DNA of 49,097 bases from an uncultured Verrucomicrobiota bacterium (GTDB lineage Bacteria; Verrucomicrobiota; Verrucomicrobiia; JABWAM01): contig CAYYYL010000020.1 of the NCBI GenBank assembly GCA_964475835.1, positions 1 through 49,097 of the forward strand, read 5' to 3'. The notes under the pieces are model-generated. The model was not told the origin of the DNA, did not search any database, and worked only from the letters and a program-made list of their open reading frames with translations. The translations under genes and the position numbers were made by a program. How positions within the stretch are numbered: the first letter of the stretch is position 1; the number at the start of each line of letters is the position of its first letter. Below, piece after piece: positions 1 through 10,251 of the stretch.

Positions 1-216
1 CATCACATCACCGTCACGAAAATGTTCCATCACATAGTTGCGCGCCATTTGACTACGAGTCAGATGGGAAAGACGGACAACCGGGTTCCAATGTTGGGTT
101 GTTTGTTGATCGTAATTCAAAATTAAATCATACCTTAAAAAAAGGATTCAAGGCTTGCAAGCAAGTCATTCTCCCATCAAAAGCCTTTTAATAAACCATC
201 TCCCCCCGACCATTTC

Positions 217-1236
217 ATGAAAAACAGGCCGTTCTATTGGATAGCACTCTTGGGAGTGCTCCATATTGGTCTTATTTGTTCCGTATTCAGTATGCCTACT
301 GAATTTGACTCACCCCCTGATGAAGGTGAAATCCGGGAAAACACAGAGATCATTGACCGTTGCAACGATTTTCTCACTTTTGATTTCAAAGAAGCCCCAC
401 TCTACTGCCAACGTGCTTCCGCAGAAGTATCCATCAATAGAATAGACGAGGCTATTAAAGATTTTTCAAAAGCTATTCAGATAAACCCGTTTTTTGCACG
501 AGCTTACGCGGGAAGAGCCTTTGTAAAACACAAAAAGGGAGATTATTCTGATGCACTAATCGACGCTACAAAGGCCATCGAACTTTCACCTCATGATGCA
601 TCCCTTTTCGCAATTCGAGGATGCATCAAATCAGAAATGCATGACTTCGAAAGTGCCAACGCCGATTTTACTACAGGACTTCAGAAAAATATAAAATGTT
701 CGGGAATTTATTTTTACCGTGGAATTTGTCATTCTTATCAAGGCAATTTTCTTTCTGCCATTGAGGATTATTCTCAAGCGATCAACTTTGGACCAAGGGA
801 ACCACGAATGTATGTTAATCGATCTGATTGTCACCTTCGACTGAAACATTTCGATGACTGCATTGAAGATTCAAACAAAGCGCTTCTTTTAAAACCTGGC
901 TGTGCCCTGGCCCTGTCGAACAGAGCTTATGCAAAAGCCCATTTAGGCGATTTAAAAGGTGGTCTTGAGGATTGTGATCTGAGCATTCGAAAATCCCCAA
1001 AATTGACAGGGGCATATCATACTCGGGCCCTTATTAAATCAAAATTGGGAGATCAAAAAAGTGCTCTTATTGATTTGGAAAAGGCTTTGGAAATTGCCCC
1101 ACACTATGCGGAAGCCTATCGTCTTCGTGCTCAAATTAAAAATAGCCTTGGGGATTCCATTGGTGCAACCAGTGACCTCGAGATGGCGGCGCGATTCGCT
1201 CAAGAAAGTGACATGCCAGTTCCCAGTGGAAAATAA
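217..1236 (+). CDS. TPR-repeat protein with N-terminal signal/anchor helix
   Basis: 339-aa ORF with an N-terminal hydrophobic stretch (FYWIALLGVLHIGLICSVFS). Repeated 34-aa TPR-like units follow (A..Y..RA.....G....A..D...A). The gene is visibly AT-richer than its neighbours. Confidence 0.7.
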   Translation: MKNRPFYWIALLGVLHIGLICSVFSMPTEFDSPPDEGEIRENTEIIDRCNDFLTFDFKEAPLYCQRASAEVSINRIDEAIKDFSKAIQINPFFARAYAGRAFVKHKKGDYSDALIDATKAIELSPHDASLFAIRGCIKSEMHDFESANADFTTGLQKNIKCSGIYFYRGICHSYQGNFLSAIEDYSQAINFGPREPRMYVNRSDCHLRLKHFDDCIEDSNKALLLKPGCALALSNRAYAKAHLGDLKGGLEDCDLSIRKSPKLTGAYHTRALIKSKLGDQKSALIDLEKALEIAPHYAEAYRLRAQIKNSLGDSIGATSDLEMAARFAQESDMPVPSGK

Positions 1237-1305
1237 GGAGGAACTTCCTGGCTATTTCGACAAGTTAGCCTCAGTCAAAATGGGTGCAAAGCAGGAATCC
1301 GTGTG

Positions 1306-2604
1306 ATGTTTAACAAAACCTTCCTTACTGCAGCCTTCTCCCTAATTATCCCATATTCCATTCAAGCAACGGTTGCAGATGCGGAAACGCCAACGGAATT
1401 TGGATTTCGCCTCACTCAGTCCCACAACCCCACTGTTCTTTCATCCAGCATCAACGGAACGTCCATTTCCCTCGCCCAAATCGAAGCCGGGGGCGGGCGG
1501 GCCAACGCAGACCTCCCGGTTTTTAAGGGAAAGCAGTTTGAATTTCTGACAGGAGGTGCCTTCCAGCAGCACGCCACTGCCGTTGGGTCGATTCTTTATG
1601 GCAACAGTTCCGACTACAAAGGAGTTGCGCCTGGAATCCATAAGGTCACCTTCGGGGATGCGGGGCTTTTTTTAAAAAACTGGATCCAGCCCGACAAACC
1701 TCTCCCCATTCAGATCGTGAACCAAAGCTATTCCCTTCCCGAAAGGGTGGCTGCCGTGGATGGCCTGCTCGATGTCTATGCCCACAAACACCACATTCTT
1801 TTCGTCAATGCCGCCAACGGTCCGGACGGCCATGTGGGAAATTCTCCCTCGACGATGTTCAATGGCATCTGCGTCGGCGCCTGCGATCCGGAGTCAGGGG
1901 AACCCCTTCCACCCTACGGTCCCTTCGAAGGGCGCGGGTTGCCTGAAATCCTGGCACCATCCACAGGCTCCTACATCCATGATGGCCCGCCCGCAGTGCT
2001 GACCAATCAAATCCACCGCAGCCGGGGGACCATCGCCGGGACCAGCATGGCCGCTCCGTTCGTCAGCGGCACCGCCGCCCTGATCATGGACTTCGCCCTT
2101 AGTCAACCGGATCTCCATGAATGCGCGGATCCCCGCGTCGCCAAGGCCATTCTGCTCACCTCAGCCACGAAAAACCCAGGCTGGAAAAGGGATCCAGAAA
2201 GCGTTCTGGATTCTCATCAGGGGGCGGGCGTTCTGAACACCGCCCGCGCCATTTCCCTCCTGCAAGAGTGTCTGCAACACACCACCACCGCACACGCGTC
2301 CCTCGAAACCATTGATCCGGGGGAAACCCGTTTCTTCCCCATTTCTGTCAAAGGAGATCCCATCTTTGTCGCCACCCTCGTCTGGAATCGTCGGGCTGAG
2401 GACAACCACCTGATCCTCGTCCCATTGGAATTCAAACTCCTCACCGGTGAAAAGGTGGTGATCTCGAGCAGTTTGCGAACAAGCAATGTGCATCACCTCT
2501 TTGTCCATCATCTCACGCCAGGGAACTACACGTTGCAGATCCACAACCCGTCCAGGCATTCCGAACAGTGCGGTCTGGCATGGATGGTGGATTCTCCCAA
2601 ATAG
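1306..2604 (+). CDS. Secreted subtilisin-like serine peptidase (S8/S53 family)
   Basis: Signal peptide present. The subtilase Ser motif GTSMAAPFVSGTAAL and a His-region HATAVGS are seen. The expected Asp motif appears as AQIEAGGG, so the Asp may be replaced by Glu. ATG at 1306 follows an in-frame GTG at 1303. Confidence 0.7.
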   Translation: MFNKTFLTAAFSLIIPYSIQATVADAETPTEFGFRLTQSHNPTVLSSSINGTSISLAQIEAGGGRANADLPVFKGKQFEFLTGGAFQQHATAVGSILYGNSSDYKGVAPGIHKVTFGDAGLFLKNWIQPDKPLPIQIVNQSYSLPERVAAVDGLLDVYAHKHHILFVNAANGPDGHVGNSPSTMFNGICVGACDPESGEPLPPYGPFEGRGLPEILAPSTGSYIHDGPPAVLTNQIHRSRGTIAGTSMAAPFVSGTAALIMDFALSQPDLHECADPRVAKAILLTSATKNPGWKRDPESVLDSHQGAGVLNTARAISLLQECLQHTTTAHASLETIDPGETRFFPISVKGDPIFVATLVWNRRAEDNHLILVPLEFKLLTGEKVVISSSLRTSNVHHLFVHHLTPGNYTLQIHNPSRHSEQCGLAWMVDSPK

Positions 2605-2662
2605 CCTTCGGACTTGGATGGGATCTTTCCAAATTCCGAAAGAGCGTTCATCATTCAGGAAA

Positions 2663-3529
2663 ATGAGTTCCTACAGATCCGCATATCCCGACGGTACGTT
2701 GTGCGATCCCACGACGAATTGGGCCAGCTATGTGGCCGATTTGATCCGTCCCCACGGCCCCCCTCCCGCCGTGATGCTTGTAGTGGCCCATCCCGATGAT
2801 GAAGCGATTGGTGTGGGAGCGCAGATCGCACGGCTCCGGGACGTGTTCGTCGTGCATGTCACCGATGGCGCCCCCAAGGATATGAAAGATGCCCGTGGCT
2901 GTGGGTTCCAAACGCGCATCGACTATGCACAGGCCCGGCGCAAGGAATTGGAACGCGCCATGTTGCTTGCAGGACTTCCCTCCAACCGGCTTTTTCAAAT
3001 GAACTACGCCGATCAGGAGGCATCCCTCAATCTGGTGGAGCTTGCGGGAGCGCTGGCCAAACTGTTCTGCGACATCCGGCCAGGCCTCGTTCTGACTCAT
3101 CCCTATGAAGGCGGGCATCCCGACCACGATGCTACAGCCTTCGCCGTTCACATCGCCCGGCATCTTCTTCAGGATTATAAAGCCCCACTTCCGATGGTGA
3201 TTGAGATGGCGTTCTATCACATGCGCTCCGGCAGTCGAAGCACGGGCGAGTTCATCACACGGCCCGAATGTCCGGTCAGCACAGCCCGCCTCACTCCTCA
3301 GCAAATCATGCTGAAACGAAAGATGTTTGACTGCTATGTCACGCAGCGCAACATCCTCAAGACCTTTCCCCAGGATGTGGAGCGGTTCCGTCCCGCACCC
3401 CTTTACCATTTCCAACTCCCCCCTCACGACGGAAAACTGTTCTACGAGAATTTCGACTGGGGCATGACAGGTGCACGGTGGCGCGATCTGGCCCGCGATG
3501 CCCAGCAACTCCTCGGCATTCCGATCTGA
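2663..3529 (+). CDS. PIG-L/LmbE-family N-acetylglucosaminyl deacetylase
   Basis: Has the LmbE signature VVAHPDDEAIGVGA with downstream His/Asp metal-ligand region (HPYEGGHPDHD). The ATG at 2663 was chosen to avoid overlap with the upstream gene. Confidence 0.7.
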   Translation: MSSYRSAYPDGTLCDPTTNWASYVADLIRPHGPPPAVMLVVAHPDDEAIGVGAQIARLRDVFVVHVTDGAPKDMKDARGCGFQTRIDYAQARRKELERAMLLAGLPSNRLFQMNYADQEASLNLVELAGALAKLFCDIRPGLVLTHPYEGGHPDHDATAFAVHIARHLLQDYKAPLPMVIEMAFYHMRSGSRSTGEFITRPECPVSTARLTPQQIMLKRKMFDCYVTQRNILKTFPQDVERFRPAPLYHFQLPPHDGKLFYENFDWGMTGARWRDLARDAQQLLGIPI

Positions 3530-3543
3530 TTTCTGGCTTCCAG

Positions 3544-5475
3544 CTAGGTTCCTACCCGGATGGGAAGAATAATCATGGGCACGCCCATCCAATGGAGTCG
3601 ACGTTGGATGGCAGTAGCCGTTTCGTTATGAAGAAGGCGGTGATACCAGTTCTCCCTCTGAAAAATCAGTTTTCCGCCAAAGAATACTGCTTTCGGAAAT
3701 TGTCGCGCAATCTGGTCACACATTCTTTCAGACTCCGCCACGGGATCCGTCCCAAGTTCCATGCGTATTTCCGAGGAAAGACCAAGTCGACCCGCCATCT
3801 CCTTGTATTTCGTCAGATCGTCACGGACTTTCGCCTGCAGGTGTTCCAGTTCGTCCCTCCCCTTGAAGGTTCCGGAATCAATCACTGCAGCCGACGCGAA
3901 AATCACCTGCCGGTACTGGCCCGGGAAAAGTTTCAAAATGGTAAGGAGGGTGTGAATGCCCAAACCGCCATAACCCGACACCAGTAAAACCGCAACGGAC
4001 TGCTTCCCGTCCAGGGCCTCATCCTCCGGCACCTTGGTCGACTCCCGGGGCAGATCCGTCAAGGTCGAAGACAGCATCCCCACCGCGCGCTGCACGGCAC
4101 GATAATGCCGGCGTATGAGAAAACAGAATCCCACCAGACTCAGTGTCACGAGCAAGGTGATCCATCCGCCTTCAGTAAATTTCTCGAAAACCACCATCGC
4201 CAGGATACCCACACAAACAAAGGACGCGCTCCCATGCACGAGCAAAGCCTTGGTACGCTTCTTTTCCCTGCGGGAAAGCCACATCCGGCACATGGCAATC
4301 TGGGAAAGTGAAAACGTGACGAAGACATTGATGGAATACATCGTCACCAGCGTGGTGATGTCGCCATGGCTGTAAAAAAGAATCCCCATGGAAGCCAGCC
4401 CCATGAGCAAGACCCCGTAGTGCATGGTGAGCTGTTCGGAGAGTGAACTGAACAAGCGCGGCAACCATCCATCGAGGGACATGTTTGCCATGACGCGGGG
4501 TCCGTCCAGAAATCCCGCCTGAGCCGCCACCATCAACAACCCGGCTTCCGCAAGCAGGGTGAGCACCACGAACCAGGGTCCGATATGGATGCGTTCCACA
4601 AGAACGGCATTCAACGTCTTGCCTTCCTCGACAGAAACCCCTGCGAGCAAGTAACAGACAAGAATCCCTCCGGCCGTGATCGCCAGCGAAGACGCCATGT
4701 AGGCCATCGTCTTCCTGGCCGTTTTCACCCTGGGTTCGCGCATCAGAAGCACTCCATTCGAAACAGCCTCGATTCCCGTGTACGTTCCCGCACCCCGTGA
4801 ATACGCATTCATGAAAATGAGAAACATCCCCCACAATCCAAGCTGATGCACATCACTTTTGAGCGCATGCACCGCATGGGTCGCCACTTCGGGAATCCGA
4901 TTGCCATAGACCACCAGGCATCCCATCAGCACCACCGCATGCGTGAGGATGAAAAGCATGAAGATCGGCACCACCAACTGCACCGATTCTTTCACACCGC
5001 GAAGATTCATCACGATCAACACCAGAATGAGAAAACATTCTGCGGGCAGTTTCCATCCATGAAGATGCAGGGGAAGAAAACTGAACACCTGATCCATCGC
5101 TGCAGCCACGGATGTCGTGATCGTGAGGACATAGTCCACCAGAAGCGCAGAACCGGAAACCACACCCCACGAGGGACCAAGCAACTTGGTCGTCACCACA
5201 TAGCCGCCGCCACCATGCGGAAAATGTTCAATGAGCAAACTGTAGGCGTACGAGATCAGAAATACGGTGGCGGCTGTGGCGAGCACGAGGAAGACAGCCA
5301 TCTGGGGGTGCCCCATGAGCGCCCGGTATGCTTCATCCGGACCATACGCCGAGGAACTCAATCCGTCCGCCCCCAAACCCACCCAGGCCAGGAAGGCCAC
5401 GAGCGAGATTTTGTGAAAAAGTCCGGGATCCTTCAGATCACGCGGTTTGCTGAGAAGAAATTGTTTGAGGGGCAT
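3544..5475 (-). CDS. APC-superfamily amino-acid/cation permease with C-terminal USP-like cytoplasmic domain
   Basis: 643 aa with about 12 predicted TM helices typical of the APC fold. A soluble C-terminal extension of roughly 170 aa follows. It is co-oriented downstream of the flotillin gene. Confidence 0.7.
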   Translation of the reverse strand: MPLKQFLLSKPRDLKDPGLFHKISLVAFLAWVGLGADGLSSSAYGPDEAYRALMGHPQMAVFLVLATAATVFLISYAYSLLIEHFPHGGGGYVVTTKLLGPSWGVVSGSALLVDYVLTITTSVAAAMDQVFSFLPLHLHGWKLPAECFLILVLIVMNLRGVKESVQLVVPIFMLFILTHAVVLMGCLVVYGNRIPEVATHAVHALKSDVHQLGLWGMFLIFMNAYSRGAGTYTGIEAVSNGVLLMREPRVKTARKTMAYMASSLAITAGGILVCYLLAGVSVEEGKTLNAVLVERIHIGPWFVVLTLLAEAGLLMVAAQAGFLDGPRVMANMSLDGWLPRLFSSLSEQLTMHYGVLLMGLASMGILFYSHGDITTLVTMYSINVFVTFSLSQIAMCRMWLSRREKKRTKALLVHGSASFVCVGILAMVVFEKFTEGGWITLLVTLSLVGFCFLIRRHYRAVQRAVGMLSSTLTDLPRESTKVPEDEALDGKQSVAVLLVSGYGGLGIHTLLTILKLFPGQYRQVIFASAAVIDSGTFKGRDELEHLQAKVRDDLTKYKEMAGRLGLSSEIRMELGTDPVAESERMCDQIARQFPKAVFFGGKLIFQRENWYHRLLHNETATAIQRRLHWMGVPMIILPIRVGT

Positions 5476-5496
5476 ATGAGTTTCAAACGATGCAGC

Positions 5497-5565
5497 TAGA
5501 GAGACCCTTCGCTTCGCTCAGGGTGACAGATCTCCGTCATTCTGAGCGAAGCGAAGAATCTCTCT
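5497..5565. repeat. Extragenic palindromic element, family A (core GTCATTCTGAGCGAAGCGAAGAATCTC)
   Basis: 24-nt arms AGAGAGACCCTTCGCTTCGCTCAG / CTGAGCGAAGCGAAGAATCTCTCT (21/24 complementary) around a 21-nt loop. The same core recurs at 38765-38885. Confidence 0.6.
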
Positions 5566-5600
5566 TTGTTTGGATGGGTTGTTTGTCTGTTTTTCCTCGA

Positions 5601-5628
5601 ATCCCGCACCTCCAAAGGAGATGCGGGA
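5601..5628 (-). terminator. Hairpin immediately after the flotillin stop (TCCCGCATCTCC-ttt-GGAGGTGCGGGA on the coding strand)
   Basis: 12-bp stem with one mismatch and a 3-nt loop. The downstream U-tract is weak. Confidence 0.4.
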
Positions 5629-5639
5629 ACGATGAGTTT

Positions 5640-7778
5640 TCAGTTTGGTTGCGCGGCAGGCGTCGCAGCGAACTGCTGTTGCATCGCCTTGATCGATTTC
5701 TGGATCTCGGCGGCGGCTTTTTCGTTTTCCTCCAGGCTCACACCCGCCTTTTCGCTGAGCATCAGTGCCATGAGCTGTTGGAAGAGCCCGTAACCCTGGG
5801 CGCCACCGCCTTCACGACCCGATTCGCCCATCACGAGCAGGCGTTCCGGCACGAGCGGCTGGACACTCTGCGCGAGTTGCTGCGCGATGAGGTTCATGGC
5901 GTAGAGCCGCGGATCACCCAGGGCACGCACTTTCTGGAGGGAGACCGCCGCCTCCGCCAGACCGATCTGTGCGGTCCGCGCCGCTTCACCCCGGCCAAGC
6001 ATCTCCTGGGATTTCGACTGACCCTGCGCGAGCTCCACATCGCGTCGGGCCAGACCCCGGGCTTCGGCCAGCTGAGCTTCACCCTGGTTGGCGGCGATTT
6101 CGATATGGATCTTCGTCTGCGTCAACTCCGCCTGCTTGTTCGCGATCGCCTGGGCTTCGTTGAGCTGCTTCAACTGAAACGCCGCCTCCTGCTGTTTGGC
6201 AAACGTCTCTTTCTGTTCCTCCGCCAGTCGGCGCAAGCGCAACTGGTCGAAGAGCTGCTCGATGGGCTCGACACCCTGGATGCCTGGCTTGGATTCGGGA
6301 CGTCCGATCATCACCGCAATGCAGTTGATGTCGTACTGCTGGAACCGGCGTCCCAGTTCCTCGGTGGCACGCGCCTGGATCTCCTCACGCTTGGTGAGCA
6401 GATCGAGCATGTGTGAGCTCTGGGCCACGTCGCGGAAATATGACGTCAGGATCGGATCCAGCGTCTGGCTGATCAACCGTCGAACGTCTCCGAAACGCTG
6501 CACCACACTCGGCGCCTTTTCATAGTCGATATGCAACACGAGCGAGAGCGGAAGCATCGGCTCATAACCGTCTGCTGTGATCAGTTCGATGCTCGTAAGA
6601 TCCTTGTCGTACTGATGTGCCTCGACCTGGCCGGTCACCCAGCGCAGGACGAAGTTGATTGTCGGAACAAGCTCCACTTTCAACGCGTAGGGATTAAGCG
6701 CGTACTTTCCGGGCGCCAGCGCCTGTTTCCAGACACCGCGCTCGTTCGCCGCGACCTGTTCCCCGTAGCGGAAGGCCTGCCCTGTCACGTCCACGCCACG
6801 CACGCCGTAGTAAGAGACCACGACGCCCACATACCCGATCGGGATGAGTGTCTTCGGTTTGATCTCCACCGTCGCGAACCAGCGATTGATAAAGAACGTA
6901 CCATCCGTGAGGACCTGCAACTGTTTGCCGCGTCGGCCACCCAGGGCCAGGAACATGTCCGGATCCTGGAAGTAGTTGTGATCTCCGCTTTCCGATGCCG
7001 GAATTTCCGGCGCGATGATTTCACCCGAGGCGATCGGAGCGCCGTCATGCACGGTCACCACACCCAGCGTATCGTTGGAGGAGAGTTGCGTCTCTCCATC
7101 CCGCTTTTCACCCGGGAGACGCGGTGCGGTGGTCACACTCTCACTCGAACCAATCAGGACGGGACGGAAACCATCCCGCTCCGCAAGCTCGGCATGCCAT
7201 TGTTGCAACTGCGCCTGCTCCTGGCCGCGGAGAAGTCCCCCATAGACACGCTCCATGGTGATCACCACGAACTGGGCAAGGTTGATCGCGTAAACGCCTT
7301 CGCGCAAAATCGCGCGCTGACGTCCGCGCTGTCCACCACCAGTGAGGAACGCACGGGCATCCTGGTAGTAGTTGCACGGCACGGTCACACCCAGGGTGTG
7401 CATGGGCTGCAACGGCTGTCCGTCACGCGCATAGACATACCCGATCTGACCTTCACCCACGGTCACGAGCGGCATCTGATGAATGCGGTACTGCCATGGG
7501 AAGAATCCCCCATGGGCACCACCACGCAGGATTTCCGCCTGAAACCCTGCTTCGCCACCGAGCGCGAGAATGCGGCCTTCGCCGAGCGACCCCCGGCTCG
7601 ACCACCACTTCTCCACCACGCCCACGCGATCGTGCGGAATATACCGCACTCCTGCCAGCCAAGCGATGATCGCCGAACCGACGCCCAGCGCCGACAGGAT
7701 CAGTCCCGTCCACGCCAAAACTCCACCAATGCCATAACCTCCAACTGCCAACATTCCCGAATAAACAGGAACATTCAT
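5640..7778 (-). CDS. Flotillin-like SPFH-domain protein (YqiK/FloT type)
   Basis: N-terminal TM helix, SPFH domain, a long Ala/Glu/Gln-rich coiled-coil (EA-repeat region) and a C-terminal tail. The ATG at 7778 is preceded by GGAGA at -10. An in-frame GTG at 7820 is an alternative start. Confidence 0.8.
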   Translation of the reverse strand: MNVPVYSGMLAVGGYGIGGVLAWTGLILSALGVGSAIIAWLAGVRYIPHDRVGVVEKWWSSRGSLGEGRILALGGEAGFQAEILRGGAHGGFFPWQYRIHQMPLVTVGEGQIGYVYARDGQPLQPMHTLGVTVPCNYYQDARAFLTGGGQRGRQRAILREGVYAINLAQFVVITMERVYGGLLRGQEQAQLQQWHAELAERDGFRPVLIGSSESVTTAPRLPGEKRDGETQLSSNDTLGVVTVHDGAPIASGEIIAPEIPASESGDHNYFQDPDMFLALGGRRGKQLQVLTDGTFFINRWFATVEIKPKTLIPIGYVGVVVSYYGVRGVDVTGQAFRYGEQVAANERGVWKQALAPGKYALNPYALKVELVPTINFVLRWVTGQVEAHQYDKDLTSIELITADGYEPMLPLSLVLHIDYEKAPSVVQRFGDVRRLISQTLDPILTSYFRDVAQSSHMLDLLTKREEIQARATEELGRRFQQYDINCIAVMIGRPESKPGIQGVEPIEQLFDQLRLRRLAEEQKETFAKQQEAAFQLKQLNEAQAIANKQAELTQTKIHIEIAANQGEAQLAEARGLARRDVELAQGQSKSQEMLGRGEAARTAQIGLAEAAVSLQKVRALGDPRLYAMNLIAQQLAQSVQPLVPERLLVMGESGREGGGAQGYGLFQQLMALMLSEKAGVSLEENEKAAAEIQKSIKAMQQQFAATPAAQPN

Positions 7779-8171
7779 ACGATTCTCCAGACACATTCCG
7801 GGCGACGTGGTTTTCGACACACCTCCCCCGTTGCGTGCATTTCTCCCGCTCCTGCAAAAGAGACAGGAGGTTAATAATGAGGACTTGGGGAATCTGAAAA
7901 GACACCCTTGCCCTTGATGATTGCTGACGAGGTTAGCTGTCGGGCTAGAGCCACCAAGTGCTCCTGGTTTTGCAGAACCATACGCCCCAATCCGTTTTCA
8001 CGGAAAATGTGGGTCCCCCGCTGATCTGTTTCGATGTCAGACCATTAAGCTGCAAAGAACTGAGAACACTATTAGCATAACGCCCTCCGGGCGCAAGCAG
8101 ATGTGGACAAGATCTACGTAAGCACTTGATATCAGGCTAAATCCATTAACATCAAATGTCCTTATTTTTAT

Positions 8172-8837
8172 TTAAAACCTGAATTTCTCCATTCTTTCGG
8201 TCCAGGTTTGGAGGGCACGTTGACGGGAGGACAGGCGGTTGTAGTTCTGATACGTCATATTTCCAAGAATGCCGAAAAGTAGAAAATCCGCATACACAGG
8301 CTGGGAATTTCCGAACAAAAACTCCGACTGACGCAAGCGTTCCTCATAGGGGTGAAGAACCCGATCGGCGAGACGGCGGATCTCGGTGCGATGCCGCCAC
8401 CATGCATCCACACATCCACGTCCGAACTTGCGTTCCTTGTGACGGATCACCATGGTCCGATCCACCAGATTGGAGATGGAACGGATGTAGGGAGGGTCCA
8501 CCAGTTTGAACGTCGCCATTTCCACCTCGTTCTCGAGATGCTGGATCACAATCGTATGCAATCCACCGAGGGATCTTGGAAAAAGTTTTCCGTGGGCGAA
8601 ATGCCGATCCACATATTGGGCTACATCCTGACTCTCCGGACCGGACTCATAGACAATCTTCCTCCCGTGAACAAGCACGGGAACCTGATAATATTCCCCC
8701 TGCGTCAGACGGATCAGCGAACTCCGATCCGTATAGGGAATATTCACACAGACGAAGGGGACTGACAGGCTTCTCAACGCCTGCGCGATGGGAATGCAAA
8801 ACGGACTATGTGCAAATTGGTGGAGCTGGATTTTCAT
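8172..8837 (-). CDS. Glutathione S-transferase family protein
   Basis: Thioredoxin-like N-terminal region (HSPFC...P...VPVL) followed by an alpha-helical C-terminal domain. Length 221 aa. Confidence 0.6.
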   Translation of the reverse strand: MKIQLHQFAHSPFCIPIAQALRSLSVPFVCVNIPYTDRSSLIRLTQGEYYQVPVLVHGRKIVYESGPESQDVAQYVDRHFAHGKLFPRSLGGLHTIVIQHLENEVEMATFKLVDPPYIRSISNLVDRTMVIRHKERKFGRGCVDAWWRHRTEIRRLADRVLHPYEERLRQSEFLFGNSQPVYADFLLFGILGNMTYQNYNRLSSRQRALQTWTERMEKFRF

Positions 8838-9028
8838 GATAGAGCGTTTTCGTCCCCCCTTTCATGAAGAACGCCGTCCGTCTTCACAACATGCAAATGA
8901 AGAGTCTGTGGGGATCAGCTTTTGCCCTCATTGGGCAGATCGCGGAGGCTTCCAAGCCACCAAAGACCAGTCGTTTTCACTCATAAAATTCGTGACCTTC
9001 CCTGCAGGAATGTTCTAACGTGGACGGA

Positions 9029-10225
9029 ATGGGTGCGATTCTTGCATTTGAAGACGGCACGGTGTTTCGCGGCGCAGCTTTTGGCGCTCGCGCAACCGCC
9101 ATGGGCGAGGTCTGCTTCAACACCTCCATGACCGGCTACCAGGAAATCCTCACCGATCCCTCCTACAAGGGACAGATCGTGACGATGACCTATCCCCTGA
9201 TCGGCAACTACGGCATCAACGAACTCGATGTCGAAAGCTCCCAACCCCACGTCAGCGGTTTTGTGGTTCGCGAAGTCTCCCGCATCGTGTCGAGCTGGCG
9301 TTCCGAAATGTCCCTCGAGGACTACCTCAAGAAGTACAAAATCCCGGGCATCCAGGGCGTCGATACACGGGCCATCACCAAGCATCTTCGCAGCCGTGGC
9401 GCCATGAAAGGCATTCTCACCACGGAATCCCTCTCCGATGCGCAAGCCGTCGAGCGCGCTCAAAAGTGGCAGGGCCTCGTCGGTGTGGACTACGTGAAGG
9501 AAGTGACCTGCAACGCCTCGTACGACTGGGATCCGAAAGATTCCCTCAGCCGCCGCTGGAGAATCCCAGGCACCAGCAACACCGTCGGAGGCGAGCCCGT
9601 TTCCGATGGGGTGGACCACGGCAAGGGACGCGAGACCTACCGTTGGAGTCTACCTCCTGTGCGCCATCGCATTGTCGCCTATGATTTCGGCATCAAACAC
9701 AACATCCTGCGCCGCCTGCGGCAACACGGCTTCGAAGTGCATGTCGTACCGGCCACCACTCCGGCTGCAGACGTCTTGAAGCACAAGCCCGAGGGCATTT
9801 TCCTTTCCAACGGTCCCGGGGATCCCTCCGTGCTCGACTACGCCGTGAAATCAGTTCGTGAATTGATCGGAAAGAAACCGATCTTCGGCATCTGTCTCGG
9901 GCATCAAATTCTGGGACAAGCCTTCGGCGCCAGCACCTTCAAACTCAAGTTCGGACATCGTGGCGGAAACCAGCCGGTGAAAAATCTCATCACCGGGAAA
10001 ATATCCATCACGTCCCAGAATCACGGCTTTGCCGTCGATCCGAAATCGCTGCCCAAGGATGTTCAGCAGACGGAAATCAATCTCAACGATCAGACCTGCG
10101 AAGGCCTCCGTCACCGCGAGCTCCCCATCTTCTCCGTCCAGTACCACCCGGAAGCCTCACCCGGGCCGCATGATGCCAGCAAACTCTTCGAGGAGTTCTC
10201 GAAGATGATCGAGAAGAAGAAATAA
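9029..10225 (+). CDS. carA: Carbamoyl-phosphate synthase small (glutaminase) subunit
   Basis: Conserved CarA N-terminus ([16 protein letters not shown]...[12 protein letters not shown]). Glutamine amidotransferase catalytic motif GICLGHQIL and a His/Glu region are present. The ATG at 9029 is preferred over the in-frame GTG at 9020. Confidence 0.9.
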   Translation: MGAILAFEDGTVFRGAAFGARATAMGEVCFNTSMTGYQEILTDPSYKGQIVTMTYPLIGNYGINELDVESSQPHVSGFVVREVSRIVSSWRSEMSLEDYLKKYKIPGIQGVDTRAITKHLRSRGAMKGILTTESLSDAQAVERAQKWQGLVGVDYVKEVTCNASYDWDPKDSLSRRWRIPGTSNTVGGEPVSDGVDHGKGRETYRWSLPPVRHRIVAYDFGIKHNILRRLRQHGFEVHVVPATTPAADVLKHKPEGIFLSNGPGDPSVLDYAVKSVRELIGKKPIFGICLGHQILGQAFGASTFKLKFGHRGGNQPVKNLITGKISITSQNHGFAVDPKSLPKDVQQTEINLNDQTCEGLRHRELPIFSVQYHPEASPGPHDASKLFEEFSKMIEKKK

Positions 10226-10251
10226 CGCGAAGGCTGCATTGTAGAAGCCTC

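Noticed and set aside
1-48. Possible 5'-truncated minus-strand gene start (MARNYVMEHFRDGDVM...) running off the window edge
   Set aside because: Only 16 codons are visible. Insufficient to support a call.
2651-3592. 313-aa minus-strand ORF overlapping the LmbE-like gene
   Set aside because: Antisense artefact. The plus-strand frame carries the AHPDDE signature.
5490-7874. Long plus-strand ORFs (5490-6416, 308 aa; 6531-7874, 447 aa) antisense to the flotillin gene
   Set aside because: Arg/Leu/His-rich low-complexity translations typical of the reverse strand of a GC-rich gene. The minus-strand flotillin ORF has a coherent domain structure.
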